Shown: positions 39,464 to 49,804, numbered from the stretch's first letter. The stretch is DNA of 64,000 nucleotides from Verrucomicrobiota bacterium (GCA_018968815.1 JAGWZL010000001.1:61178-125177), one strand, 5' to 3'. Program-made: numbers and translations. Notes: a model not told the origin generated them from the sequence alone.

Positions 39464-41386
39464 TTAAGGAGCTGTTGAAAATGGCGACATCAAAGCTCGT
39501 TCATCACGTTCTTTTATGACTTTAGCAAGAAAATTAGAAATGTCAATCTCTCCGTGCACCACATTGTCGCGCGTGCGAAGCGCCACGGTCCGATTTTCTA
39601 CCTCTTTGTCGCCCACAGTCAGCAAATAATTGGTTTTGCGAAGCTGCGCTTCACGCACCTTCTTTCCAACCGATTCATTCGATGCATCCACGTCGCAAAC
39701 AAGCCCATGCGCCTCGATTTTTTTCTTCAACTCCTGCGCATAAGGAATGTGCCGATCGGCCACGGTGGCAATCGCAATCTGATAAGGGCTCAACCAGAAC
39801 GGGAATTTTCCCGAAAAATGCTCGATGAGGATCCCAAAAAATCTCTCGATCGAACCGAAAATCGCCCGGTGCAGCATCACAGGCCGCTCGTGGCTTGCGC
39901 TACTTGCGACAAACTCGAGCTCAAATTTTTGCGGCAGCGACATGTCGAGCTGCACGGTTCCACATTGCCAATATCTTCCTAACGCATCGCGGATATGAAT
40001 GTCGATTTTTGGACCATAAAACGCGCCGTCGCCTTCGTTGATGCGATAACTGTGGCCCCAATCATCCAGCGCCCCCTTCAAGCCGTTGGTCGCATTGTCC
40101 CACTCTTCGTCAGAGCCAATCGTTTTCGATTTTTCAGGACGGGTGGACAGCTCTAACCGATAAGGCAGACCGAATGTCATGTAAATCTTATCCGCTAATT
40201 TCAAAATCTGGATAATCTCATCGCGGATCTGATCGGGACGCATAAAGAGGTGGGCGTCGTCTTGGTGGAAACTGCGCACGCGGAAAAGGCCGTTGAGCGC
40301 GCCCGACGCTTCAAAGCGATGCACATGCCCAATCTCTGCCACGCGCAAAGGCAATTCCCGATAGCTGTGGATCGCTGTTTTGTAATAGAGCATACAGCCA
40401 GGACAGTTCATCGGCTTAATCGCAAAATCGCGCTCCTCGACTTGCGAAGTGTACATGTTGTCTCGATAGTGATACCAGTGCCCAGATCTTTCCCAAAGTT
40501 CCTTGCTCATCATGGTGGGCGTTTTGATTTCAATATACCCCCCCTCTTTCAAGCACTCGCGCAAAAATTCAATCAGCCGGTTCCAGACAATCATCCCTTT
40601 TGGGAAAATAAACGGCATCCCAGGCGCCTCTTCTTTAAAGGCAAATAGATCTAAGGCAGGGCCTAAAACCTTGTGGTCCCGCTTCTTCGCCTCTTCGAGC
40701 AGCTGTAAATATTCTTTGAGCCGCTTTCTGTCGGGAAAGGAAATGGCATACACACGTGTGAGCATTTGCTTGGTGGAATCGCCGCGCCAATAGGCGCCCG
40801 ATGTCTTCATCACCTTAAACGCTTTGATTTTGCCAAGCGATGCGATGTGAGGACCGCGGCAAAGATCGAAAAATTCCCCTTGCCGATAGGCGGAAATCGG
40901 CGTCTCTGTAAAACTGTCGATCAATTCGCATTTATAAGGATTTTTTGAAAAAGCCGAGTGAGCCTCCGCTTTGTTCGCAAATTCCATCCTCTCCGTTTTG
41001 TAGTTTTCACTCAAAATCGCTTCGACCTCTTTTTCGATTTTGATAAAATCTTCGTCAGAAAGAGTCAGGTTGCCAAAATCATAATAAAAACCATTTTCAA
41101 TCGGAGGCCCAATCGTCGGCTGTGCAGAGGGCCAAAGACGCAAAATCGCCTGCGCCAATACGTGAGCTGAGGTGTGCCAAAACACCTCTTTCCCTTTCGG
41201 GTCGTCAAAATTCCAAAATTGAAGCTCATCCCCATCGACGAGCCGTGTGTTGAAATCGCGTAAAACGCCGTTCACGCTCACAGACACCGCCTGCTCGGGA
41301 GCTGTTAGATGGAGTTTTTCTGCAATTTCTTTGGGAGTCGCTCCCTCGGAACATTCATGGACTTGATGGTTCACTTTGATTTTCAT
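39464..41386 (-). CDS. thrS: Threonine--tRNA ligase
   Basis: TGS domain at the N-terminus, editing-domain 'HTSAHVLAQA', class II core 'FRVRSFHQDDAHLF', and an anticodon-binding C-terminus. Confidence 0.97.
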   Translation of the reverse strand: MKIKVNHQVHECSEGATPKEIAEKLHLTAPEQAVSVSVNGVLRDFNTRLVDGDELQFWNFDDPKGKEVFWHTSAHVLAQAILRLWPSAQPTIGPPIENGFYYDFGNLTLSDEDFIKIEKEVEAILSENYKTERMEFANKAEAHSAFSKNPYKCELIDSFTETPISAYRQGEFFDLCRGPHIASLGKIKAFKVMKTSGAYWRGDSTKQMLTRVYAISFPDRKRLKEYLQLLEEAKKRDHKVLGPALDLFAFKEEAPGMPFIFPKGMIVWNRLIEFLRECLKEGGYIEIKTPTMMSKELWERSGHWYHYRDNMYTSQVEERDFAIKPMNCPGCMLYYKTAIHSYRELPLRVAEIGHVHRFEASGALNGLFRVRSFHQDDAHLFMRPDQIRDEIIQILKLADKIYMTFGLPYRLELSTRPEKSKTIGSDEEWDNATNGLKGALDDWGHSYRINEGDGAFYGPKIDIHIRDALGRYWQCGTVQLDMSLPQKFELEFVASSASHERPVMLHRAIFGSIERFFGILIEHFSGKFPFWLSPYQIAIATVADRHIPYAQELKKKIEAHGLVCDVDASNESVGKKVREAQLRKTNYLLTVGDKEVENRTVALRTRDNVVHGEIDISNFLAKVIKERDERALMSPFSTAP

Positions 41387-41448
41387 AACACCCTTCGAGA
41401 AAATTTACTGGACAGTGTACAAGAAAAATGGGGAAAATGCAAAACCCA

Positions 41449-41473
41449 AATGTAAAGCAGCTTTACATTTGAT
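41449..41473. promoter_or_regulatory. 25-bp palindrome in the thrS divergent intergenic region
   Basis: caaatgtaaagc-a-gctttacatttg. The core aatgtaaagc-N-gctttacatt is identical to 4903-4923. Confidence 0.4.
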
Positions 41474-41486
41474 GGAAAAGGCTTAA

Positions 41487-44063
41487 ATGACTCAATTTCA
41501 AGAACTTTATTTACAGCGGTTGAAGGGACCTCTCTCGACTCTGCTGGATTTGGAGGCGGAGGCGCACGCATCGTTTCGGATCGAAAGGGGGGGAATCCAA
41601 GATTCTTTTCGGTATCGGTGCAAATATTTGGCGTTGCGCATCGCTGGGCTTTTGCTCGATGAGCAGGGCGAGATCAATCTGGGGGCGCTCGCGGAGCTCA
41701 CGCGCCTGCTTGAGCCGGGCCCGTATCCACTCGGCCCTGGCAGGGAGGGCGACGCCCTGATTTACGCGCATATTCACCGTTGTCTCAAACACCTTATAGA
41801 AAACAAAGCGGTGTGGCTTGCGATTCGGCGGTTTTCGTTGCCGCTTTGCCATAAAAAGGCTGCTAGAGTGATTCAGGAGACTCTTTGGCCGGAGCCGATT
41901 CGGACGCTTCAAACTGCGCATGTGCGCAAAGCGGTGTTAGCGGCTTGGCTCACATTGCTTCGGCAGACGACGGGGTCCTGTTTTGCGACGGCGCCTGCGA
42001 TTTTAGTGCAGCAAACCCATCCGCTTCAGTTTTTCAAGGACCTTTACGATCTTCTCAGCATTGGGCAGATGAAGCGGACGATGGGGGGGCGAGAGTTTTC
42101 GGTTCCTTTGAGTTTTAGCTCCGGATCGGGAGATTTGCAGCATCTTGTATCGGGTCCTTTTTTTGGCCTACTTGTGGCGCTCGAATCGGTCGGTGTCCAT
42201 CGACTCGATCCGCACTTTTGGGAATCGGGGCCCCAAACGGTGAGCGATTGCTTGCGAAAAATCTTGCTGGCAGCGGAAAGCCTCACGGAAGAGGATCTAC
42301 AAGATGAAGAGTATTTATCTCGCATTCAGATGACGCCGCTGCTTGCCAAACAGGGAGCGATGCATTACCAGAAGCCGAGCGCTCGGGCGCAGAAGGTCGC
42401 TGCATGGAAAGCAAAATATGAGCAAGCGTGCATGACTTTCAAAACGATCACGGAGTGCTCGTTATTGCGATCCTGGGAATATTCGATCGCCTCTTTGGCC
42501 GATGTGAAGATCGATTTTGCGAGATGGAACTTGTATATTGGATTGGGCCTTCATCCCGATCAGAAACAGGGAATCGGGGCCTTTTTATACGAATGGACCC
42601 AATCCCGTTTGCAACAATGCCACGAAGAGATACATCGTCTGGCTCACGAATATGAGCGCAATGCAAACGCCGTGCAGGCGATTGAAGTGATGATCCAATC
42701 GACCACTAGCGATGCGCGGCTGCATCAGTTGAAATCGGATTGGATGTCGCTCACTGCCTCGCTCAATACGATTGTAGAAATCAGGGATCAACAGATTGCA
42801 AAGGCTGAAGGGCTGACGAAGTTTTTTGCCTGGCTCATTGAGCGATACGATGAGAAATTGCAAACGTTTTTCCAAGAATTATTTGATCCTGCGTTGATCC
42901 AAGATGGCGCTCACATCCATGATGATAGTCCTGCCGGTTTTCGATTGGTGTACAAACATGGCAGGGCCGATGCTTCGCAATGGACCACGATCAACAACCG
43001 GGAAGAATACATTGAAGCGCTGCGCGATTTTTTCTCTCGCATCGAAACGGAGTTAGACCCTCCTGCCGATGTAGGGAAAGAAACATTGACGGCAGCCACG
43101 ACTGCGTTGATCCAGTTTATCCAAGAGGATGAGTTTTTCAATGGGGCGCTCACCCGTTCCAAACAACACGGAAGATTGTCTCCGTGGGATTACATTTCTG
43201 GGGGCACATTGCAAACGCTTCTCATGGCCTATTGCAATCGGGATCGTCCCTTTACCGAAGCCGCAGTGATCCCTCATTCGGAGGCGGAGCTGCTCCAATT
43301 TTTGGCCAGTCACCCGGGCCAAGACCCCGTTTTAATGCATTCGCCGACTCACGCGTTTATTTTCTATCCGCGGATGCTGGGGGGCAGGGCCCATGTGGCG
43401 CCTTTTTCCAGCCAACCGTGGGATGAACGGATGCAAGAGCACTTAGCGCACCGGATTAGCGAACGGCTTCCCGAAGAGGAAAGGGCTCTCTTCATTCACC
43501 TCTTGAGAAACGGCGACGCCTCTGCTTCGAATGGCGCTTTTAGGGCGAAGGTGATCGCCTCTCTCAGCCCGCGCATGAAAAACAAAGAGGCGCTCGTCGA
43601 TGCAGCGCTGTATGACCATGCACGGCTGTGGACGGCTGATGAGGCGCAAACCGCAATCGCCCAAATTTCCCAACAACTCGGGCAAAATATTCGAATCAAA
43701 CTAGAAGGGACATTTTTTGGGCCTATGGATGTATATAACCAAATCAAGGCAGCCATTTTGCAAGCGTCACAGAGTGTTTTTGCCTCTGTGGATTGGGATC
43801 AAAAGATCGCAAACGCCATGAGGAAAATCCACTTTTTGCCCGATGTGTTACTGTTTGGCGATAGCAATTGGTCTGGGTGGTTTTTTGGTTTTGTGCAGAA
43901 TCCTACCACGGGGGTTTTGGAACTGTGGCGGTTCAATCGAACGGCTACGCAAGGCTTCCCCATGCACGATTGGAAAGAATGGGTATCGCCCCACAATGTG
44001 TCAGCGTGGGTCTTGCTCTCTCAGCCTGCAGAATATGAGACTTCTTTATTCAGGGGGAAATAG
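41487..44063 (+). CDS. Large conserved hypothetical protein
   Basis: 858-aa uninterrupted ORF with no signal peptide. No family was recognised. Confidence 0.65.
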   Translation: MTQFQELYLQRLKGPLSTLLDLEAEAHASFRIERGGIQDSFRYRCKYLALRIAGLLLDEQGEINLGALAELTRLLEPGPYPLGPGREGDALIYAHIHRCLKHLIENKAVWLAIRRFSLPLCHKKAARVIQETLWPEPIRTLQTAHVRKAVLAAWLTLLRQTTGSCFATAPAILVQQTHPLQFFKDLYDLLSIGQMKRTMGGREFSVPLSFSSGSGDLQHLVSGPFFGLLVALESVGVHRLDPHFWESGPQTVSDCLRKILLAAESLTEEDLQDEEYLSRIQMTPLLAKQGAMHYQKPSARAQKVAAWKAKYEQACMTFKTITECSLLRSWEYSIASLADVKIDFARWNLYIGLGLHPDQKQGIGAFLYEWTQSRLQQCHEEIHRLAHEYERNANAVQAIEVMIQSTTSDARLHQLKSDWMSLTASLNTIVEIRDQQIAKAEGLTKFFAWLIERYDEKLQTFFQELFDPALIQDGAHIHDDSPAGFRLVYKHGRADASQWTTINNREEYIEALRDFFSRIETELDPPADVGKETLTAATTALIQFIQEDEFFNGALTRSKQHGRLSPWDYISGGTLQTLLMAYCNRDRPFTEAAVIPHSEAELLQFLASHPGQDPVLMHSPTHAFIFYPRMLGGRAHVAPFSSQPWDERMQEHLAHRISERLPEEERALFIHLLRNGDASASNGAFRAKVIASLSPRMKNKEALVDAALYDHARLWTADEAQTAIAQISQQLGQNIRIKLEGTFFGPMDVYNQIKAAILQASQSVFASVDWDQKIANAMRKIHFLPDVLLFGDSNWSGWFFGFVQNPTTGVLELWRFNRTATQGFPMHDWKEWVSPHNVSAWVLLSQPAEYETSLFRGK

Positions 44064-46523
44064 CTTTTTGAGTTGTTCCGAACAGGATTTCTCAAGGGCG
44101 GCCACCAATGTATCGATTTTGGCCACCAAGGGCGCGATGCTATCGAATTGTTCAGCTCGGGCACATTTTTGCATGTCCCAAAAAACCACTGCGAGATGCG
44201 GGCACCCCATGAGGCTACAGGAATTTGCGCACTGGCCGGCAATTTGGATGATTTGAGCGCTATTTTTTGAGTGGATGGCATGATACAGCTCCTTTTGGGA
44301 ACTCTTGAGTGTATCCAAATAAGCATCTAATAACTGCTTGCAAACCTGCAGATCTCCCTTCACAAGCTCTTTCAACATGACCAGATCCAGCGGGCAGATT
44401 TCACCCACAGCTCTTGACTCGACTTGTGGCACAATACCCTGTTTTTTGAAGGCTTTGGACAGCGTCGATTTGATCATGTCCAGCGTCACAGGTTTGATGA
44501 GAAAATCATCCATTCCACGGGCGAACGCTCGCTGTTTATCATGCTCGGAAAGCTGAGAGGCGGTTAAGGCAATGATCAGAGTGTGTTTGGTCGCTCCCTC
44601 CCGTTTTCGGATTTCTTCGGTGGCGGAATAGCCATCCCGATTCGGCATCAACAGATCCATTAAAATTAAATCGTAAGGTTTTTGGGCCACCATTTTGAGA
44701 ACTTCATCCCCGTCGGTCGCGAGGTCCGCTTGATAGCCAATATGTTCAAGCTGCAGCAAAATCACTCGGCCTGATATGGCATCATCTTCCGCTACAAGAA
44801 TTCTTTTGGCAGGATAAACCAAAACCTCTTCTTTGGGCAGAGGAGGTTCTTGAATGGCTTCGCTCCATCGAGCCAAAGGGATGGATGCCCAAAAGGTAGA
44901 TCCTACGCCCAGTTGACTACTGACGCCCAGCTCCCCTTGCATCAGGTCAATGAGATTTTTGGCAATCGAAAGACCCAGCCCCGAGCCATGCCCTAGGGTG
45001 GGATTGACTTGGGCAAACGGTACGAAAAGATTGGACAGACTGTCCTCTGAAATTCCGATCCCCGTATCGCTCACCTCGAGTTTCAATGTGAAGGAGGAGG
45101 CTGTTTGAGAGGAGACGGAAAGATGCAGGACCACTTCTCCTTTCTCTGTATATTTGAACGCATTGCTCAAAAAGTTCATCAAGATTTGGGTGAGCCGCCT
45201 CCTGTCGCCAATCGCCTTGGGCGGCACTTCAGGGTCGATGACCACTTTAAAAGAGAGATGTTTGTTTTTCGCGACGCTTTGAAAGGACGCTGCCGCTTGA
45301 TCGACAAAATCTGCAATGGAAAAGGAGCTTCTCGCAAGAACCACCTTCCTCGCCTCGATCGCAGAAATGTCAAGTACGTCATCGACCACCTTGGCTAGCG
45401 GATCTACGCTCTGCCCCAACAAGGCAGTCAGATTCTTCTGCTCCGCCGATAAAGGCGTTCTTTGCAGCATTTCGAGAGTGCCCAGAATCCCGACAAGAGG
45501 CGTTCGAATCTCATGGCTCAAATGCGCTAAAAAGCGGGTGCGGGAAAGCGCCGCTTGTAATGCGAGAGCGCCGACCGATTTAAAGGCGCCTATCGCTTGC
45601 TCCCTTTCAGCAATCGCAGCCGCCAACACCAATAACATCCACGATGTCAACCCAATAAATACTTGAAAAGAGGCCAGATCCTCCACCAAATTCGAGGTGC
45701 TGTAAGCATGCCCATGGGAAATGGCTAAGATCCCCGTGCACTCCATACATAAGATGATCACACTCATCCCATACTTTTGAAAACGAAGAGCTGCCCAAAT
45801 AAAGATAGGACTCGCAATATAGATATTGAAATGGAAAGGCGCAAGTATGGGATTACGATAAATGAATGTGAGCCATCCAAAAGGATTCCAGAATAAAGCG
45901 GTAAAGATCAATTCTGCGCTGATCACAAGCGCGATCCACTCCCATGCCTTTCTGTACACAGAAGGGCCGCCAGACCAGACAAGAATCACAGATCCCAGGA
46001 CTAACACCCCCGCAAGACGGCTCAGATGCCAGATTTGGGCGGCTGACAGCCACTGATCGCTTGGGATCAGATGGAACCACCAAAGCGTCGAGGTCCCTAT
46101 AAACGCCGCTACCAGCGTGCTGATGCCTGCAGCAAAAAGACCGTAAAAGATCACATCGGGCACTCGCTGTAAGCGCGGATTAAAAGAAACTCTTCGAAGT
46201 AAAAAAAGGGCAAGGGTGGGCTGCAAGGTATTGCCGATCGCAATGCCCAAAGCGCTATTCCAAGGCAGTGTGTGGATCAACCATTCTAAGCAAAAAGCGC
46301 TCAAGAAGAGGGCGGGCCACATCCGATAGCCCCAAAGAATCACGAAGGCGGTTGACAGGCCGGCGAGCAGTCCAAGAGGCGCGACGCTGTTGTCGATCAG
46401 TGGAATAAAAAAGAACGAGAGGATCCCAAGACCCAAATAAAGAGCAAAAAAGACCGCTCCTTTGGTCCAAAAAGATCTCAATGCAAGGGTCCACATATTT
46501 GTTCTTGTACTCTTTCCCCTCAT
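44046..46523 (-). CDS. Hybrid sensor histidine kinase (MASE1-like membrane domain, HisKA, HATPase, REC, degenerate HPt)
   Basis: About 8 N-terminal TM helices. H-box 'LSHEIRTPL', N-box 'LSNAFKYT', G-boxes 'DTGIGI' and 'GSGLGL'. REC 'ILVAEDD...LILMDLLMPNRDG'. The C-terminal helical domain 'IAGQCANSCSLMG' has Gly where the HPt His is expected. Confidence 0.9.
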   Translation of the reverse strand: MRGKSTRTNMWTLALRSFWTKGAVFFALYLGLGILSFFFIPLIDNSVAPLGLLAGLSTAFVILWGYRMWPALFLSAFCLEWLIHTLPWNSALGIAIGNTLQPTLALFLLRRVSFNPRLQRVPDVIFYGLFAAGISTLVAAFIGTSTLWWFHLIPSDQWLSAAQIWHLSRLAGVLVLGSVILVWSGGPSVYRKAWEWIALVISAELIFTALFWNPFGWLTFIYRNPILAPFHFNIYIASPIFIWAALRFQKYGMSVIILCMECTGILAISHGHAYSTSNLVEDLASFQVFIGLTSWMLLVLAAAIAEREQAIGAFKSVGALALQAALSRTRFLAHLSHEIRTPLVGILGTLEMLQRTPLSAEQKNLTALLGQSVDPLAKVVDDVLDISAIEARKVVLARSSFSIADFVDQAAASFQSVAKNKHLSFKVVIDPEVPPKAIGDRRRLTQILMNFLSNAFKYTEKGEVVLHLSVSSQTASSFTLKLEVSDTGIGISEDSLSNLFVPFAQVNPTLGHGSGLGLSIAKNLIDLMQGELGVSSQLGVGSTFWASIPLARWSEAIQEPPLPKEEVLVYPAKRILVAEDDAISGRVILLQLEHIGYQADLATDGDEVLKMVAQKPYDLILMDLLMPNRDGYSATEEIRKREGATKHTLIIALTASQLSEHDKQRAFARGMDDFLIKPVTLDMIKSTLSKAFKKQGIVPQVESRAVGEICPLDLVMLKELVKGDLQVCKQLLDAYLDTLKSSQKELYHAIHSKNSAQIIQIAGQCANSCSLMGCPHLAVVFWDMQKCARAEQFDSIAPLVAKIDTLVAALEKSCSEQLKKLFPPE

Positions 46524-46539
46524 TTTTTATAAGGCAAAT

Positions 46540-46818
46540 ATGATCCCAGAAGAATTAATGGAAGAATACCGCCGCAGCATCCCGGAGCGGCTCCAAGAGA
46601 TTGAACGGGTCATCCAAGATGTGAACGCCGATCCCACCTCCCAAGAAAAACTGGCCGCCTTGCGCTTCGCCGTCCATAAACTCGCAGGCAACTCCGGCAC
46701 ATTCGGCTATATGGAGGCCAGTCAACTGTGTCGGGACTTGGAACAGAAAATTTTGCAAAAGGCAGCCTTAGACTTAGGTTTATTTTATCAGCAATTAAAA
46801 AAGAGTTTTCACTCTTAA
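46540..46818 (+). CDS. Stand-alone histidine phosphotransfer (HPt) protein
   Basis: 'FAVHKLAGNSGTFG' is an intact HxxKG HPt motif. 92 aa from the ATG at 46540. The track start at 46462 is an unsupported extension. Confidence 0.8.
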   Translation: MIPEELMEEYRRSIPERLQEIERVIQDVNADPTSQEKLAALRFAVHKLAGNSGTFGYMEASQLCRDLEQKILQKAALDLGLFYQQLKKSFHS

Positions 46819-46827
46819 GCAGATTGA

Positions 46828-47640
46828 ATGTACATCTTCGTATTCCTCTCTTTCGCATTGAGCCTATTCGGGTTGGAAGTTCCTCATCCGTGGGTCGTCT
46901 ATTATGGCGATGCGGCCCAAGCGGAGGAATTGGCCCCTTTCAATCCCATCGTGCTACAACCTCACTCTGCTTTGGTTCGGGCGTTTGGGAAAAGGAAAAC
47001 CGTTCTCGGCTATTTCAATCTAGGCGAAATCGATCAGAGTGATCCGTTTTTTTCAAAGACTCAAGAAGAGGGGCTGCTGATTGAGGACAATCAAGAATGG
47101 CGCGGCAGTTGGAAGGTAGATATCCGCAATCCATTTTGGAAGCGCTATGTGCTCAAAACGGCGATCCCTGTCTTGCTGTCCCAAGGATTTACAGGGATTT
47201 TTCTCGACCAGGTCGATGTGTCGATCGATTTAGAAACTCGCAACCCCACACAGTTCAGCGGGATGAAAAAGGCCGCCATAGACCTCATCAGAGACATCCG
47301 AAAGTATTTTCCGAAAATCAAGCTGATGCTCAATCGCGGCTATGAGATTTTGCCCCAAATCGGACGATGGATCGATTATGAGCTCGCAGAAACGCTCTAT
47401 ACCTTCTACGATGTGAACACGCAAACCTATCAAGTGAGATCCAAAGAGGAGTACGATTGGCAGCTCCAACAGCTGCAAGCGGCTCACAAGCAATTCCCTC
47501 GGCTTGTGTTATTTTCTTTGGATTATTGGGATCCTACAGATCGAACCATGATCGACAAAATCTATGAGATTGAGCTCCAACATTTTCTCCGTCCGTATGT
47601 CGCGACCATTCACCTTGACAAAATCGTCTTGCCGCCATAG
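46828..47640 (+). CDS. pelA: PelA-like glycoside hydrolase (GH114/GH166-type TIM barrel), stand-alone
   Basis: Signal peptide 'MYIFVFLSFALSLFG'. 'VLGYFNLGEID', 'WKVDIRNPFWKRYV' and 'GFTGIFLDQVD' resemble the endo-alpha-1,4-polygalactosaminidase / PelA hydrolase domain. It is the first gene of the pel-like cluster. Confidence 0.7.
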   Translation: MYIFVFLSFALSLFGLEVPHPWVVYYGDAAQAEELAPFNPIVLQPHSALVRAFGKRKTVLGYFNLGEIDQSDPFFSKTQEEGLLIEDNQEWRGSWKVDIRNPFWKRYVLKTAIPVLLSQGFTGIFLDQVDVSIDLETRNPTQFSGMKKAAIDLIRDIRKYFPKIKLMLNRGYEILPQIGRWIDYELAETLYTFYDVNTQTYQVRSKEEYDWQLQQLQAAHKQFPRLVLFSLDYWDPTDRTMIDKIYEIELQHFLRPYVATIHLDKIVLPP

Positions 47641-47650
47641 ATAAACAAGT

Positions 47651-49804
47651 ATGTGGCGATCTCTGTGGATGGACTTTTTTGCAATATTGAGCTGCGCGCA
47701 AATTTGCACCGCAGAAATGCCGTTCCCAAGGCGGGTGATTTCTTTTTGGGACGGCAAAGCCGACAAATCGGCTGATGATTGCCTCGTTCATAAAACGTTA
47801 GAGATGCCGCTGAATCACCTCGGCATTGACGTCATGTATTCCGATATTCAAGAGCCGCTGCCCCCTCTTTCTCGAGAGGATGGGGTCCTCGGAGTCATTC
47901 TCTGTTTTCGAGACGAGACCAAACGGTGCCGTCCCATTGAGCTCATCGATTGGGCGATCGAGGCGATCGAGCTGGGCAAAAAGGTGCTCATTTTTCGCAA
48001 CGGGGGCTTTTTGGTCGATCAAAACGGCTTTTTCACGCCCATTGATGAGCAAAACCGTTTATTTGAAAGGCTTGGACTTGTCAACTCGGGCCGATGGGTC
48101 GATTACCCTTTTGATTACAAGGTGGTCTATAGCGACTCCGCTCTGATCCCTTTTGAAAGAAATTATTCAGACCCCTTGCCCGGTTTTTATCAGGCCCAAA
48201 ATTTAGGCGCAGCAGAATCCCTCCTGAAGGTCGCCATCCCGGAGCAAAAGGATTCTGAATCCGATTTAATCCTGGTGGGGCCTCATGGCGCCTACGTCGC
48301 GAGCTTATATGAGAATAACTATGAAGACGCAGCGGCGAATACCGATCCGCGAAGCCTAGGATGGCATCTCAACCCCTTCCTCTTTTTCGAAAAGGTGTTT
48401 GAGATCGGCGCGCCCCATCCAATCCCCGATGTGACCACATTAGCGGGAAGGCGCATTTTCTACTCGAGCTGCGATGGAGACAACTGGAAAGGGGCGACGA
48501 CGCTGGAGGACAATCCTGAACAAAATGTGTATTGCGCCGAAATTGTGTTGCAGCAGATCATTCGCCCCTATCCCCATCTTCCCATGTCTATGGGCATCAT
48601 CGCCGCTGTGTTAGATCCTGCATGGGTAGGCGATCCAAAAAGCCAACAAATCGCTCGAGAGTATCTGGCGCTGCCTCAAGTAGAAGCCGCTTCCCACTCG
48701 TATAGCCACCCGTTTGATTGGACTTTTTTTAAAACGGGAGGGCCCGAAAAGGAGATCAAATACCTTCCTCTTTACCCGTATGGCAGTTGGCAAAACAGCT
48801 ATTTAAGTTGGTTTAATGCTCGCCACAAAAACAAAGATTTTGGGGGAGAATCGCTTTCTTGGGGCTATGTCATCCCGAGAGCTTACGCCAATCAACCGTT
48901 TCATCTCGACCTCGAAATTTCTGGGGCCGCCTCTTACATCGATCAATTCGCCCCGCCTGACAATCAGGTGCATCTTTTGCTCTGGCCGGGCGATGGAAAG
49001 CCATGGGCAGAGCCTGTGGCTCTATGCCAAAAGGCTGGCCTAAAAAATCTAGGGGGAGGATTTGTCCGCTTTGATCCCGAATACCCGTCCAATCTCTTCG
49101 TCTATCCGATCGGTCGAAAACCGGGTGGATGGATCCAGCCCTACTCTTCCATGAGTGCAGAGAATTCCTACTCCGAAGGGTGGTCTTCCCGATTTTATGG
49201 ATTTCAATACCTGCCCGCCACCCTGCAAAACACCGAATCGCCTCGCCGCATTAAACCGATTCAACTCTTCTATCACAGCTACTCAGGCGAGTATTTAGCC
49301 AGCCTCAATGCAGTGTTGAAAAACATCGCAGCCATCCAAAAATTGCCCCACATCCCGATCCGAGCCAGCCGCTACTCCGATGTGGCAGAAGGATTTTACT
49401 CCACGGAGATTGTCGAAATAGGCCCGGCCCAATGGAAAATAAAAAATCGCAAGGGGTTGGAAACCGTTCGTTTCGATCATGTAGAAGAGATGAAAATCGA
49501 TTTTGCCCATTCAACAGGAGTGATCGGACAAACAGAACACCAAGGGTCTCTTTACGTCTATCTCGATGCGGCCGTAGATGAACCCATTTTGACTCTCGGA
49601 AATCAGGGGAGCTCTCATCCATACCTCATGGAAAGCAGCTGGGAAATTTGGAATCTTGTGCGCCATGAAGATGAGCTCGCATTCCAAACAAAAGGGTGGG
49701 GACCGCTCATCATGAAATGGAATGTGAATGGCCGTGTCCTCAGCATCGAGAGAGACGATCTTCCCAACAACCAAGAACTGGGATGGAAAGTGAAACTCGA
49801 ATGA
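47651..49804 (+). CDS. Putative polysaccharide deacetylase (CE4-like; PelA deacetylase-region equivalent)
   Basis: It has its own signal peptide ('FFAILSCAQICTA'). 'SSCDGDNW' and 'EAASHSYSHPFDW' resemble CE4 motifs 1 and 2. It is in a different frame from the hydrolase gene, 10 nt downstream. Confidence 0.55.
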   Translation: MWRSLWMDFFAILSCAQICTAEMPFPRRVISFWDGKADKSADDCLVHKTLEMPLNHLGIDVMYSDIQEPLPPLSREDGVLGVILCFRDETKRCRPIELIDWAIEAIELGKKVLIFRNGGFLVDQNGFFTPIDEQNRLFERLGLVNSGRWVDYPFDYKVVYSDSALIPFERNYSDPLPGFYQAQNLGAAESLLKVAIPEQKDSESDLILVGPHGAYVASLYENNYEDAAANTDPRSLGWHLNPFLFFEKVFEIGAPHPIPDVTTLAGRRIFYSSCDGDNWKGATTLEDNPEQNVYCAEIVLQQIIRPYPHLPMSMGIIAAVLDPAWVGDPKSQQIAREYLALPQVEAASHSYSHPFDWTFFKTGGPEKEIKYLPLYPYGSWQNSYLSWFNARHKNKDFGGESLSWGYVIPRAYANQPFHLDLEISGAASYIDQFAPPDNQVHLLLWPGDGKPWAEPVALCQKAGLKNLGGGFVRFDPEYPSNLFVYPIGRKPGGWIQPYSSMSAENSYSEGWSSRFYGFQYLPATLQNTESPRRIKPIQLFYHSYSGEYLASLNAVLKNIAAIQKLPHIPIRASRYSDVAEGFYSTEIVEIGPAQWKIKNRKGLETVRFDHVEEMKIDFAHSTGVIGQTEHQGSLYVYLDAAVDEPILTLGNQGSSHPYLMESSWEIWNLVRHEDELAFQTKGWGPLIMKWNVNGRVLSIERDDLPNNQELGWKVKLE

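Noticed and set aside
47641-47650. The pelA and pelB splits as frameshift pseudogenes.
   Set aside because: Each of the four products begins with its own plausible signal peptide or membrane anchor, and the junctions look like normal operon couplings. Sequencing error cannot be excluded without reads.
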